DNA of 63,746 nucleotides, filler included, from Licmophora abbreviata (GCA_900291995.1; 18 parts of 18 records of this genome joined end to end with filler, not necessarily neighbours in it), one strand, 5' to 3'. Counted from the whole stretch's first letter, positions 11,588 to 24,249 are shown. Notes: generated by a model from the sequence alone, not told the origin. Numbers and translations are program-made.

Positions 11588-13095
11588 TTACAGTAGCTGT
11601 TGCGCCGTGATGTAGTTCTGAACACCATCTTCCGTGACATGATGCGATATCACCGCCGGCACAGACACAGGGTCAGTGGCAAAACAAATAGCATTTTCCA
11701 CTCTCGTCTTGACATTCTCCAACGTTGCCTCGTGGCTCGTGTAAAGCGTGGCGATATCATCACCTTGTTGCACCGAATCGCCCACCTTGTAGTGGAGCAA
11801 AATACCAGCCGTCGCGTCGACAGGTTCGTCTGCGACCCGCCGTCCGGCCCCCAAATCTACAGAAGCGCGGCCAATCGCAAGGGCATCAATGTCCGATATG
11901 TATCCATCTCCCGGGGCTACTAGTGTTGTCTGAGCAAAACATATGCAGTACGAAGGAAGTGAAGGATACAGGTACGGCGAGTGAGACAACAGCAACTCGC
12001 TTGTTTAGTTTCGTCGACACAGCAACCGAGCTGTACCACATCATGGCGTACCTTATATTTCGCTTCTGGGTATGTCTCGGGGTGGTCCAAGACTGTCACA
12101 TCCCCGCCATGCGCCTGGACCATCGCTCGAAATCTGTCAAATGCCTTTCCCTCGTTCAGCGTCGTCCGTGCCAAGTCGATTAATTCCGCAAAACTCATCT
12201 CGCAAAACCTATTGCTCTGTTTGAGCATTTGTGCTCCTTGCACCACTACCAACTGCACAAGATCCATCGCACCTTTGCCATGCTTCATCACTTCAATACA
12301 TTCCTTGACTTCCAGCCAGTTCCCAACGGCATATCCGATCGGATGGTCCATGCGTGTCAAGAACGCCGTCGTGGGCTGTACCCCGTTGGACTGCGCCGTA
12401 TCAATCATGCTCGCGGCCAAGTCGCAAGCCTCCTCTTTGGTGTGTTGAAATGCTGCACGTCCATACTTGACGTCCAATACAAGTGATTGCGGTCCCTCTG
12501 CAACCTTCTTACTCACGATACTGGCAGTCTGTAGCGGAATGCAGGATACCGTGCCAGTCACATCCCGCAAGGCATACAGCTTGCGATCCGCCAAGACCAT
12601 ATCGTGACCGGCTGACACAATCGAGCATCCAGTATCTCGAACCACTTGTTGAAAGTCGTCCACGCTGAGGTTGCAGCGATAGCCAGGAATACTTTCGAGT
12701 TTGTCCAGTGTCCCGCCTGTATGATCCAAACCGCGTCCAGCCATCATTGGCACATGAACACCACAGGCGGCGACGAGGGGAGCAAGGATCAGCGATATCT
12801 TGTCTCCAACACCTCCCGTCGAGTGCTTGTCAACCAAACAAAAACTTGCATCCCACTCCACGACTCTCCCACTGTGCACCATGCATTTGGTCAAACAGCT
12901 CGTTTCCGTTGGGGTCATGCCCCGCCAACAGACAGCCATGAGCCATGCGCTCATTTGGTACTCTGGAATCTTATTTTGAACGTATTGGTCAATCCACCGT
13001 TGCAACTCTTCGTCAGTGTGGGGACGTTGATTCCATCGTTTGGTGTGAATCATCGCGACAGCCGAGAACGAAGCGGAAGACGACGACGAAGACAT
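11588..13095 (-). CDS. Thymidine / pyrimidine-nucleoside phosphorylase
   Basis: Motifs YQMSAWLMAV, DKHSTGGVGDK, GRGLDHTGGTLDKLESIPG, ADRKLYALRDVT and LVLDVKYG. Intron 12051-11930 joins the C-terminal domain (LGAGRR...DATAGILLHYKVGD) in frame. The first ~100 bp recur after the spacer (ATG copy at 13296). Confidence 0.93.
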
Positions 13096-13776
13096 GATGT
13101 GTATGTGGTGTTNNNNNNNNNNNNNNNNNNNNNNNNNNNNNNNNNNNNNNNNNNNNTTAATTAATTAANNNNNNNNNNNNNNNNNNNNNNNNNNNNNNNN
13201 NNNNNNNNNNNNGTCAGTGTGGGGACGTTGATTCCATCGTTTGGTGTGAATCATCGCGACAGCCGAGAACGAAGCGGAAGACGACGACGAAGACATGATG
13301 TGTATGTGGTGTTGGGGTGCCGTATTAGTGAAGGACGGCGCGATCAAAAAGGAGAATAGGTGAGAAGTCAAGCGCTCCAATCGCTTCAGACTCGGTTGAT
13401 AGCTTCACTAGCGTACTTAAAGGTCAATTTGAATGTTGAAATTGGCAAAGCAAAGTCAATGCCTCCACGATGCACGATACATATTGGAGCATCATCGTCA
13501 TTGTGGTGCGCCGTTCACTTTATGTGGCGGGCAAAGACCCGGATCCACGACTCCAAAAGATCGTCATACTCGTGAATCACTGTCTTTCAAATTGAAAGAT
13601 TTTGACGTTTGGTTTGCGCGCGAACTTCGATCCCACAGACTCACCCATGATGGCTTGACCACCACGCGACGACGATGATGGGTTGGACTATGAGCCCATG
13701 AATCTTTGTGTTCTTGACACCGCCTTCTCTCATCCATTCACATTCTTCGATCTGTGCACACAAACAAATTCGCAAG

Positions 13777-14340
13777 ATGGTTTACCAGAATCAGCAATAC
13801 GAAGAGGTCGTTGGAGAGCATCCCGTCGCTCCGTCGCGCAAGCCTATCGCTGTCGTGGCGGTGCTGATGGCGGTGTTGGCGATTTTGGGTCTCTACAGTA
13901 GTGCTCATCATAGCTCTCCCAACGCAATGGAAAATGAGAGTCACTTGGAATCCCTCCCGACGGAGGGTACGACTCATGTGCGCGCCTGCACGTTTGACGA
14001 GTGCGTTGCCGCTCGATGCGATCCAAAGATTGCGCCATTCATCTGCCTCTTCCACAACGGAGGACCTCACGGAGGCTGCTCTCCGACCGAATGGGTCGAG
14101 GGAACGTGTACGGAAAGCTGCAACTTGTCGGGATGTGATAGTATGAAACTCCCGGACGACGTGGAGAGCTGCGACGGAGTCTCGTGTGGTTCGGAGTGGT
14201 GTAAGATCGGGCAGCTGTGCGGATCTGCTGCTCCGTATCAGTGTATGGAAGGAGCCGGTCGGTTTGGATGTGCAGATGATCCGTATCACTGGGTTCTGAA
14301 CGGGTGTAGCTGCTGCGATTCGACAACATGCTCTGATTAG
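13777..14340 (+). CDS. Small Cys-rich protein with an N-terminal membrane anchor, function unknown
   Basis: MVYQNQQ..., hydrophobic IAVVAVLMAVLAILGLY, then ~120 aa with two related Cys-rich units (APFICLFHNGGPHGGCSPTEW and APYQCMEGAGRFGCADDPYHW). Confidence 0.7.
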   Translation: MVYQNQQYEEVVGEHPVAPSRKPIAVVAVLMAVLAILGLYSSAHHSSPNAMENESHLESLPTEGTTHVRACTFDECVAARCDPKIAPFICLFHNGGPHGGCSPTEWVEGTCTESCNLSGCDSMKLPDDVESCDGVSCGSEWCKIGQLCGSAAPYQCMEGAGRFGCADDPYHWVLNGCSCCDSTTCSD

Positions 14341-14760
14341 AGTTAGTAGTATGATACGCAGTTGCGACAAAGACCCATGGCCACACTAGCGAGTGATCAT
14401 GAGTCAATAAGGCAAGCGCATGCATGAATTAAGTTTGAACATCTACTCCAAATAGAACATTACTTTGATAGCAGACTTTTTCGGGCGATTCAGTAGCGTC
14501 GTGTTGGTGAGCCTTCCGATATTGAAAATGGACAGGACTGTGCCGTCATCTACTATGAGGCAAGTTAGGTCCCTCGGCACATCTGAACTGTGCGCCGCCT
14601 GTCTGTGCATCCACTGCCTCCAAACTTCATCAGGATCAGATTGACGTCATATGCGAACTCCCTCGAGAGCCATCCATTTTGCCGCCACATGGAACACGCA
14701 CTTGACAAGAGACACACGGAAACATCACTCACAAGCAGCATCAGCACCATGACTAAGACG

Positions 14761-15465
14761 ATGAAGCTTCTTTCTACGATTTGCTTGGCCCTTCTGGCCT
14801 CCATGGCACATGGTTTTACCACCGGTACATTCGGTGTTCGCAGCTCTCCTTCTGTTGTGTTGCGAATGAGCGACGGCGACACGGCGCCTACCACGGGCAC
14901 TGTCAAATGGTGCGTTAGTGCTGGTAGTAGTGTCTGCGTGTACCTGTAGCGATGATGCGTTCTAGTGCTGTCATGCTGTCTTCGAGAAAGAGATGGACAA
15001 CATCCAGTCTTCTGAATTTCTAGAGTCATAATCTTGCTCAGCTCGAACCTCCTTCGCGACACTGTCATCAAATCGCCTCGTTCACTCTAATTGACTTGCC
15101 GCTTACCTCTGTCTCATTTCTGCAACCAACACAGGTTCAACACGATGAAGGGATTTGGTTTCATTGTTCCCGACGATGACAGTGGAGATGTCTTTGTCCA
15201 CCAGACGGCCATCCAGGCGGAAGGATTCCGCTCCTTGGCTGACGGAGAACGTGTCGAATTTCGTACCGAACAAGATGACAATGGGAGGCTTCGTGCCGTC
15301 CAAGTGACTGGACCGGATGGTAAGTGCATAGAAGTGGCGACTACCTACGTGCATAGCGAAGTTTTGAGTGGACTCCTCTAACTGTCACATGCAATGCGTC
15401 TCGACACAGGCGCAAACGTTCAAGGAGCTCCGTTCCGCCCCCAAAATGATTATGGTGGCTACTAG
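14761..15465 (+). CDS. Cold-shock domain protein with a bipartite plastid-targeting presequence
   Basis: Exons 14761-14909, 15135-15319 and 15410-15465 splice to [24 protein letters not shown]...[48 protein letters not shown]...[26 protein letters not shown]1 and RNP2 motifs are intact. Confidence 0.92.
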
Positions 15466-17027
15466 TATGGGAAAAACAGATAATCCTGTGGCGTGTCGTA
15501 CGTATTAAGAACTAAACAATAAGGAGCGCAGTTTGCCAATGTGTTGTGGATTGGAGCGTAGGAAACAGTTCCGAGCGCCGGGTGGAAGAGAAGAATGCGA
15601 AAACGAGACGATAGTGTTTGCCATAATACATAGTAACGACTTTGCACGCATTGATGAAACTCGAAAGTACCCTATCGTGACAGCTGGTGCACAGCTTAAT
15701 TGTAGTACTGACGTTGCTTGTCTCTGTTGGTTGAAACAATCTTGCGCAGGTGTGAGAGTACGACCCCCTCTGTGCAACGATCTGTCGAACATAGCCTACT
15801 TCTTGGCAACGGCACACGCGAGACGCTAAGTCGAGCAGAAAACAGTGTATTAATTAATTTAACTGTAGTAGAAGCATCCTATCATGCGAGGATCCATCGA
15901 TGAAAGATGTGAGATCACACGAGAACCCAGGCGCCCTTTCATAGCTTGTGGCGTGGCTCTCGCATAAAACACAAGCATTTGACCCACTACAGAACATGTA
16001 GTAGCATTCGATATCAGAGTTGCTGCTACTCGATTGGTTGGAAATAGCAATCAAGTGACTGCCCCTCAGTGCTAGACCGACGATTACGAGGATGCTCGGG
16101 GGTCGGTGCTGCCGGACGCTCGTGCGGTCGATGAGGGGACAGGGACGACGCAGACGACGACAAGGACGAAGAGGAGCTCTCCAAGGGTAGGAGCGAAGGC
16201 ATCTGGGCCCTTGGCTNNNNNNNNNNNNNNNNNNNNNNNNNNNNNNNNNNNNNNNNNNNNTTAATTAATTAANNNNNNNNNNNNNNNNNNNNNNNNNNNN
16301 NNNNNNNNNNNNNNNNTCGTCGCTACTAGTATCCGTCGACATGCTAGTAGGTGGGAGAGACTTTAATGGCGTCTCATGAGGGATCTTGTCTCTGGATTGT
16401 GGCGCGCAGAGGCTTGGGTCGTGTCCGAATCCCTTCTCAACGTTGGGTATCTTCTGTTTTGCATTCCTCAACTGCCGTCCACGGAGCATGCATCTCGACG
16501 CGGCTCGAAGAAAATTGCGCGTTTTCAAGTTCCCGCTCTTTTTCCGTGTGACACGGAGCGAATGATATGTTCAGTCATGTAGGCATAGTAACGCCAATCG
16601 GTTATTCGGTTCTACCGGGATAAATTTTGTTTATGGAAGGGTAGCTGGCAAGTACTCTTTGTCCTATACTGGAATGAGCATTGCTTGTATCGGTTTCTGA
16701 CGCGTGATTCTTTGACCACGCAGATGGAAATCTCGTCTGCCACTCTACGGGGAACAACAACCTACCCGGTAGACGCTCAGGCTATAGAGCTACAAGTCAT
16801 GCTTCTAGTTCGCCAGCAGCCACCGCTCTCTCTCTCTCGACTGGCTACTTGCAAGTGATGGCAGCGCTCTACAATCTTAAACATCTGCGATCTAACTATT
16901 AGGGCCCACTCGAGCGAGTAGGGCACGTAAGGGCACGTAAGATATCGCCGAAAGAATCGAGCGTGACTTGTCAAGCGAGCTAGACCAAAAGTTACACAAT
17001 ACGTAGTTTCCCCGATAGGTCAATCGT

Positions 17028-18464
17028 CTATCGCTTGCGTTTTCCAAAGAATCCGCCACTTTTCTTCTTAGCATCGGCGGGAACCTTCTTCTTGGGCTTG
17101 GTAGGGTTCGACTTGACTGTGAAGAAGCTGTCCATACGGGACTGCGGCTTTACGTTGGCCTTGTGAGCCTTTTGGAGTTTCTCGATGCTAGACTTGACGC
17201 GTTCCGCGCTGAAACCCATTTCGTCGACAAGGAACGTGGTCAAAGCTTCTGGCTGACATGCCGTCCACTTGAGGTCTACCTGGTCCTTGGTCAACACTTC
17301 GTGTTCGTTGAACAAACGACGGGCCCTGACGAAAATAGGCTCAGTCTCCTCCTCGTCCTGTTCGTCGCCGTCTGACTTCTTTTCTTCCTCCTTGCCTTCG
17401 TCCTCAGTGTTGTACTCGTCCTCTTCTTTCTTGGCCTTCTTTTTTGCGCGAACTTCGGCGGGAACCCACTCATCCGGCACCGTGTACTTGTCGCGATCCA
17501 AATGTTGCAGGATGGTCTCAATGCTACCGTGCTGCTTGATGAGTTTGAGCGCCGTCTTAGGCCCGACACCACGAATCGAGTCGCAATAATCACATCCCAG
17601 CAGAATACACAAGTCGACAAACTGATCATGAGTAACTTCGAGTCCTTCAAGCGCCTTGCTGTAGTTCATGGTCTGGACGGTCGCTTGCTTGGCACTCGCA
17701 AACGTCATTTTGCGGACCAACACAGGCGTCTGAAAGGTCAATGCATCCATATCTTCCGTTCCCGTGGCGTAGACCAATCCTTGCTTTGCAAGACTGGCCG
17801 CTTGCGCCTCCGCTTCACAAGGTGCCAGAACAATCGGCACTCCCATTAGCTTTAATAGCTTCTTGCAGTCTTCGTTTTCCTTTTGCCCGGCACGCACGAG
17901 TCGTTTGGAGTGTTTGTCTTGTTCTTCGACATTCCCCTCTTCCTGTGCCTGTTTCAAAGCTTCTTGAGCCTTGACCCGTTTCTCCCGTCGCTTGGTGAGT
18001 TCGCCGCTCTTGATGGTGGGCGGTTTTCCATCAAAGACAAAGACTGGACGAATGCCTTCCGTCATGAATCGAATCGTTCTGTTGAACATGCCTTGAATGT
18101 GGGAGGTCGTCTCACCTTCCGCGTTGGTGAGAACGACCGCGGCTTGATTGCCGCCTCCCGATCGCACGGCAATGAGAAATTGGTAAATGGCCATGCTGGC
18201 ATCAATGGCAATTTTGCGTCCCTGTAGACTACTCAAGGGAACATCGCGGATGCACTAGAGGGCCATGATGAACGAATTACGCAATTTTTACATCAAAATG
18301 AGAAAGATGAGCAAAGAGAACAACGACACAGACGAATCATAGAGTTCAATCCCCCCAAAACTTCTTGCAGCCAAGCGACACTTAGACTTGAGTCTTTTCG
18401 TTTCTACACCACTTACATCGGGAGCTTCATCAGACAGGAGCTTGGCTAGACCTTTGATACCCAT
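17028..18464 (-). CDS. FEN1: Flap endonuclease 1
   Basis: Exon 1 (18464-18417) reads MGIKGLAKLLSDEAPD; intron 18416-18255. Then GRKIAIDASMAIYQFL, VFDGKPP, APCEAEAQ, TEDMDALTF, LLGCDYC, GVGPKTA and the PIP box QSRMDSFF. Confidence 0.97.
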
Positions 18465-18821
18465 GGTCGACTCTTGAAGTGTAAGACAGGCTGAAAGCGG
18501 CTAAGAAGGGTGACAAGGGACAGTGTCGTGGAGGCCAGCAACAGCAGCAATGACTGCAATGCGATCTCGAAACTCGATTGTTGAATTTTGGTCGTCGGGA
18601 TCGATAGAACTCATCGCAAAGAAAGATGGCGCGCCAGGTGATCTGTCCGGCCTCCGTCAGGGATGCGCGCGAATGATGACGATCGCGACCGCCACTCAAA
18701 AGATTTGGAATGCATCCGTCGACCATGGCCCAAATCCGTCGTCCCTGTTGACCTGCCTCGCTAAAGTTCTCTCATCTCCTCAACACTCCGATAATCAACT
18801 CTGTCTTTAAAGTACTATACA

Positions 18822-19280
18822 ATGGAGAACGCTTCGAAATTGACTTTATTTGAAGACATTTTCGAGATTACTGCCTTGAACCCCGACGGCAAAAAGTTCG
18901 ATCGGGTGAACCGCCTCTCCGCCGTCGGCACGACCTTCGAATGCGACTTGTTGCTCGACATCAACTCCGAGATATATTCATTGAAAGAAAACGACAAATT
19001 CACCTTCATCCTCGCCTCGACGCTTCATTTGGACGGCAGTCCGGCGGATCATTTTAGCTACACGCCGTCGTCCACCACGACGCGGGGGGAACCGACGCTG
19101 GCGGACAATTATGACTACGTCATGCATGGGAGAGTGTTTGATTTGAGTTTTACCAAGGCGGGGTCTGTGGTAATTGCGGCGAGCTTTGGAGGACTGCTTA
19201 TGCGACTGACGGGAGATCCAAGGCACTTGTCCAATGTACTGCCTGACATGCGATTATATCTCTTGCTCAAGAAGGATTAG
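18822..19280 (+). CDS. RPB8: RNA polymerase I/II/III shared subunit RPABC3
   Basis: LFEDIFEI...DGKKFDRVNRL...LLLDINSEIY...LADNYDYVMHG...ASFGGLLMRL...LYLLLKK. Confidence 0.96.
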   Translation: MENASKLTLFEDIFEITALNPDGKKFDRVNRLSAVGTTFECDLLLDINSEIYSLKENDKFTFILASTLHLDGSPADHFSYTPSSTTTRGEPTLADNYDYVMHGRVFDLSFTKAGSVVIAASFGGLLMRLTGDPRHLSNVLPDMRLYLLLKKD

Positions 19281-19380
19281 NNNNNNNNNNNNNNNNNNNN
19301 NNNNNNNNNNNNNNNNNNNNNNNNTTAATTAATTAANNNNNNNNNNNNNNNNNNNNNNNNNNNNNNNNNNNNNNNNNNNN

Positions 19381-20469
19381 ATAGCCGGAATGCCTTCCAA
19401 AGCACAAGTGCAACTTGCTTCTACCACCACTACTACTATTCGCTCGACAACAGTAGTCATTGCCGTGATTGTGTCCAACCGCCACCCACCAGACGTTGTC
19501 GTCTTCCAACAAGCATTGCATCATGCCACCATCGGTTTGGACGGGATCAATACCACCATCTCCATTGAAACCGACGCACTTCTCGTCTTGGAATAGATGC
19601 TGCTGCATGGGAATATGCTGAAAGACGAGGGCAGGAATAGCGGAATGTGGATCTCGCTGCGTTCGAAACCAGTCTACCTGAGGCTCAGTGAGCAGCTGTG
19701 GCACCAGTGTTCCACCGCCTGTGTCCAGCATGAACACTTGAGCCACCAGTTCGTCACTCTCGCGACTCTTGTAAATTGGCAAAATGTAGTTGCTCACACC
19801 AAAGAGATGCGACGGTCCAATCTCTGTCAGAGAATTCGAATACGACTGATCCACAAGCGCTAGCTGCCGTCGAGACGTTTTGGCCGGAGTGCGAGTGATG
19901 TCGGAATCGTTCTTTGGATTCAATCGCTGTTCGAATTGTGCATCGTCGTGATTTCCAAAGAGCAGTGCCCAGGGCTTGTCATAGTCCGACAGGAAGTCTC
20001 CGAGCTGACGGTAGTAGGCTGTCGCATTCCTGTCCACATTGTTGGCCGTCAATTGATCGCCGGATAGGATAATCAAGTCCACGTCTGGGTAACTCGTTAT
20101 CGCAGAGTCCAGAGCCAGCCATGTCTTGCGATCCTGTTCGGGGCCCCAGTCGGAAAACTCGGCCTCGCCCAGGTGCAAATCGGTGATTTGCAGAATCGTA
20201 AACGAGCCTTTGGTAGGATTCACGAAGAGTTTCGGCTTGTGTGTGCCACGCCGATGAGTGGCATGATTGTATCGTGCTACTATTACAGTTAGTAAAAGTA
20301 GCACAGCAGCAGTGGCGACAGAAAGCAACAGACGCGGGTGATGTCTCGACAGCAGGGATCTGATAGGAGCGCGAGGCCGTCCTTCCGATACATCAGTCGG
20401 CGGCAGGACTGTAGGATCACCGCCGGTGCCAATGGCACTGTACTGAGGTTGGTTCGACGGATAGGGCAT
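19381..20469 (-). CDS. Calcineurin-like metallophosphoesterase (Dcr2/PAP14-16-like), type II membrane anchor; copy 1, 3' end lost in spacer
   Basis: TM helix followed by QITDLHLGE, LSGDQL, FGNHDD, VFQHIP, GHNHGNDYCC and LCFGRHSGY. Confidence 0.9.
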
Positions 20470-20950
20470 GAGGATGAAGGAGCTGTATGATGTACATTTG
20501 TTATACTAAAATATGCACTTAGGACGATGTACACATCAGTTGAATTGTTGAAACCCCAAGCAACTAGTTAAAACCCCGCGTTTAGGATTTTCTCAAAACG
20601 TGTGAAACACGTGTTTTCCACTAACAAGGGCGAGCGATTCAGATGACTGAAAAACTACTGATTTTTTTGTAAAACGCCAGAGTCGCAGGCGATGANNNNN
20701 NNNNNNNNNNNNNNNNNNNNNNNNNNNNNNNNNNNNNNNTTAATTAATTAANNNNNNNNNNNNNNNNNNNNNNNNNNNNNNNNNNNNNNNNNNNNGATGA
20801 GAGTCTCATCGGTTTTGTCTAGAGAAGCGGTTTGATTGAACGATTGAATGCTTTAGAGCTTTCCTCTGATGGAAGACACGAACAAGAGAGTCCTACGTCC
20901 TACTGAGGGAGACTCTTTGTCTGAAAACGAGAAATAATCATGCCCAATCG

Positions 20951-22264
20951 GTGAAATTTGTCGACATGGCCGCTTCACTCGTCATGACTTGGTGGTCGTC
21001 GTCCAAGACGAGACTTGTGAAGAGCGCCGCTCGTCGCTACGGAAATCTTCCCGGGCGGATCCATCCGTTACGGCAATCCAACAGTGCTGCTGTCATTCTG
21101 GCAGACTCGTATGAACGTCGCGTGGTGGGTGGCGATGCACTCTACATTGCCATGATGATGGAAAGTATGCCACAAGCGAAAAGGCCGAGCCATGCAAGTA
21201 CGAAGCACTGCGAACGCATGTCGTCGCTGCCACATACCAGCACTATCCCAGAGACAGTACTGCAGTATGAACGTCAGTTGCGAACCTTCCGCTCTTCAAT
21301 AACTACGTCGCCCTTGGGTACCGGCAACTTCCAGCCTGACATCATCCATCAAGACGACCACCTCATTGTCGTCAACAAACCATCAGGGCTACTCACTGTC
21401 CCAGGTGCTCGCAACAAGCATTCCTTACTGACGTGGATTCATGACAATTTAGACCAAGCTCATATTTCCCATCCAGACCACCGCATTGTGCATCGGCTCG
21501 ATATGGACACGTCGGGAGTGGTGGTGTTTGGAAAGTCGCTCGACGCCGTCCGCAATTTACAGGAACAGTTTCGAAGCCGACAAGTGGAAAAGTCCTACGA
21601 GGCATTACTGTGTGGTCATGTGCATTCTACAGAGACGACGATTCACATTGACTTACCGCTGCAACGCGACCATGAGCACCCGCCCTTTATGCGTGTGGCG
21701 ACGAGCCAAAGTGAACACGAGCTGGGACATGCCATACGAGACTTGCAACAGAACGGGTATCCAAAGTTGGTTCACAAGCGACCCAAATCATGTCAGACTA
21801 TCTGTCGTGTCATTGCTAAGGAGTCATTGTATGGGCTGCCTGTGACGCGTGTCGAGTTGACGCCCCAAACCGGCAGGTGAGCGTTCGAGAGCAATTGTGT
21901 CGCCTGTGTGTGTCGAGTATTTTTATCTCTCACGCTGCTTGCTGAATACCTCGATCATTTATATACCACTAGAACACACCAACTACGAGTGCACTGCGCT
22001 GCCATGGGCAACCCAATCGTCGGTGACCCGGTCTACAGTGTTCCGCCTGGTGGCAAGAAGGCAGCCGCGCATCCGAACGGGGGGTTCACCGAGGAAGAAA
22101 TGAATGAAATGGCCCCCCACCGTGCTAACAAACAGCTGCTCATGGAGATGTACAATTCAATGTCACTGTATAATCGCACAATATGCCTGCATGCCAGATT
22201 GCTGCGACTTCGACATCCCATCACACAAGATCCTGTTGTTTGGAGGGCACCGACTCCCTTCTAG
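20951..22264 (+). CDS. RluA-family RNA pseudouridine synthase
   Basis: VVNKPSGLLTVPG and VHRLDMDTSG (catalytic Asp). Intron 21877-21972 restores TGRTHQLRVH, followed by GNPIVGDPVY and CLHARLL. The start codon is uncertain. Confidence 0.9.
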
Positions 22265-22968
22265 CTAGAGGCGCACCATGAGCACGAAATAACAATCGAT
22301 TGTACTATTTGCACCAATTTCAGGCTTTTGCGCTCTGTAGACTTGTAAAGAATGAGCTATAGCTAGTAGAGAGCCTAGAGTGCTTAAAAGGGGTTACTGG
22401 TGCGTAGTGCAACGTGTCGACGCTCTTTTGGCTTGAATCGGTCGACTCGATCAAACCTCGAGAACGCGAGATCTTCNNNNNNNNNNNNNNNNNNNNNNNN
22501 NNNNNNNNNNNNNNNNNNNNTTAATTAATTAANNNNNNNNNNNNNNNNNNNNNNNNNNNNNNNNNNNNNNNNNNNNATGATGACAGCGCGTCGCATGTCG
22601 CAACAGCATCCGCAACAGCTGCGGCCTTGCTTTTCAGATACTTCGACGCCCATTTTCTCTCTCGTCTGATGATTGATTTGAACTAGGGAGATGGGTTTTG
22701 GTCTCTTGATAATGTGATTTGTGTGATGATCATGTTCAGCTCTTGCATGATCCTGAGAACTCTTCGCACATGATGCGAAATCGTTCCGCTATGATCCTAT
22801 ATTGTGAAGCGTAGTCGCGCGTTCCACAGAGTTCCTGGCCCGCCGCGCTCGCATTCTGGGTATACTTTTGTCCAGCCATGTATATCATCATTTCGACTTT
22901 CGAATGATAGTTGGTCCAGAAAGTTCGATTGGAGACTTTAGACTCTTGGCGAGCGTTTCAATCCTACG

Positions 22969-24249
22969 TTACACAGGAGGCGCTGGATTTGTCGGGTTGT
23001 AGACATCGACTTCCTCTCCTGATTCCATTCGCACCCATGAGCGCCAACCAGTAACCGTCAATAAGTCGTTATCCACATCCAGCTCGTACACTCGAGCCCC
23101 TCGATCCCACGTCCCGTATCCACCATAGCCGGAATGCCGACCAAAACAAAAGTTCATTGTGGGCTGTCTTTCACACGACAGCAGTAATCATTGCCGTGAT
23201 TGTGTCCCACCGCCACCCACCACACATTGCCGTCCCTCATCAATGCCTCCATCATTCCACCGTCGTCATGCACTGGATCAATATTTCCGTCGCCATTGTA
23301 TCCCGCGCAGTCTTTACCATCTTGAAATAGAAACTGTCGCAAAGGTATGTGCTGAAAGACGAGAGCAGGTATCGAATGCCGTCGCTGGTGTTGAAACCAA
23401 TCGACTTGTGATTCATTCAATCGCGGCGCAAGCGAGCCTCCTCCGCTATCTAAAATCATCACCTGCGCTGCCAATTCATCGCCTTCTTGAGACTTGTAAA
23501 TAGGCACAACGTAGTTGGACGTGCCATAGACTGCAGATGGACCGACATGCGACAACGACAACGGGAAGGACTGGTCGATATGCGTCAGCTGCTGTCGAGA
23601 TGTTTTGGCCGGGGTCCGTGTGACGTTCGATACGTTCTGAGCATTCACGTGCTGATCTTTGTAAGCAGCATCATCATGATTGCCAAATATGACTGCCCAT
23701 GGGATATAATAGGTGCTGAGAAAGTCACCGAGCTGTTGATAGTAGGCCGTCGCATTCGCATCCACATTGTCGGCCGTGAGCTGGTCTCCGGACAATACAA
23801 TCAAATCAATATTTGTTTCACTTGTAAGGATAGCATCCAGTGCTTGAAATGTTTTGCGATCTTGTCCTGGGCCCCAGTCCCTGTACTCGGGGTCACTGCG
23901 TTCGCCCAGGTGCAGGTCGGCAATCTGTAGAATCTTGAAGGAGCTCTTGGTGGATGGGATCCAAGTACAATTTTGGCTTTGGACGAGTGACATGATAGTG
24001 ACGCGGATGAGTCGGAGATGGCGCGGACGTAGTTGCAATGCGGTTTTCATTAACCTCTGGGGACGACTTCCGAATGAACAGTGCCGTGGCAGCGAACAGA
24101 GTACAAGCAATGGCTGCAAGTCGCTGCCATCGAGTCCATGATCGACGACGCCGACGAAGAGAGACACCAGGCCTCGTGGTGGTTCCCGACTCAGAATCAT
24201 CGACAGCGTTTATGCCATTGTACTCTTGTGAGCTCTGAGAGCGAAACAT
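22969..24249 (-). CDS. Metallophosphoesterase copy 2, with two single-base frameshifts as assembled (sequencing error or pseudogene)
   Basis: The N-terminal TM frame (24249-~23956) shifts to the catalytic frame (QIADLHLGE, FGNHDD, GHNHGNDYCC). A second shift at ~23160 leads to MNFCFGRHSGYGGYGTWDRGARV. Confidence 0.8.

Noticed and set aside
13012..13313. Apparent 101-bp direct duplication of the phosphorylase 5' end
   Set aside because: Identical copies directly flank a spacer, so this is an unmerged contig overlap. The same applies to 29 bp at 32996/33125 and 35 bp at 51846/51981.
16027..16528. Possible minus-strand Ser/Pro-rich coding fragment on both sides of a spacer
   Set aside because: Low complexity, no convincing start and no motif; too weak to call.
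16920..16941. agggcacgta repeated twice downstream of FEN1
   Set aside because: Too short to distinguish from ordinary slippage.
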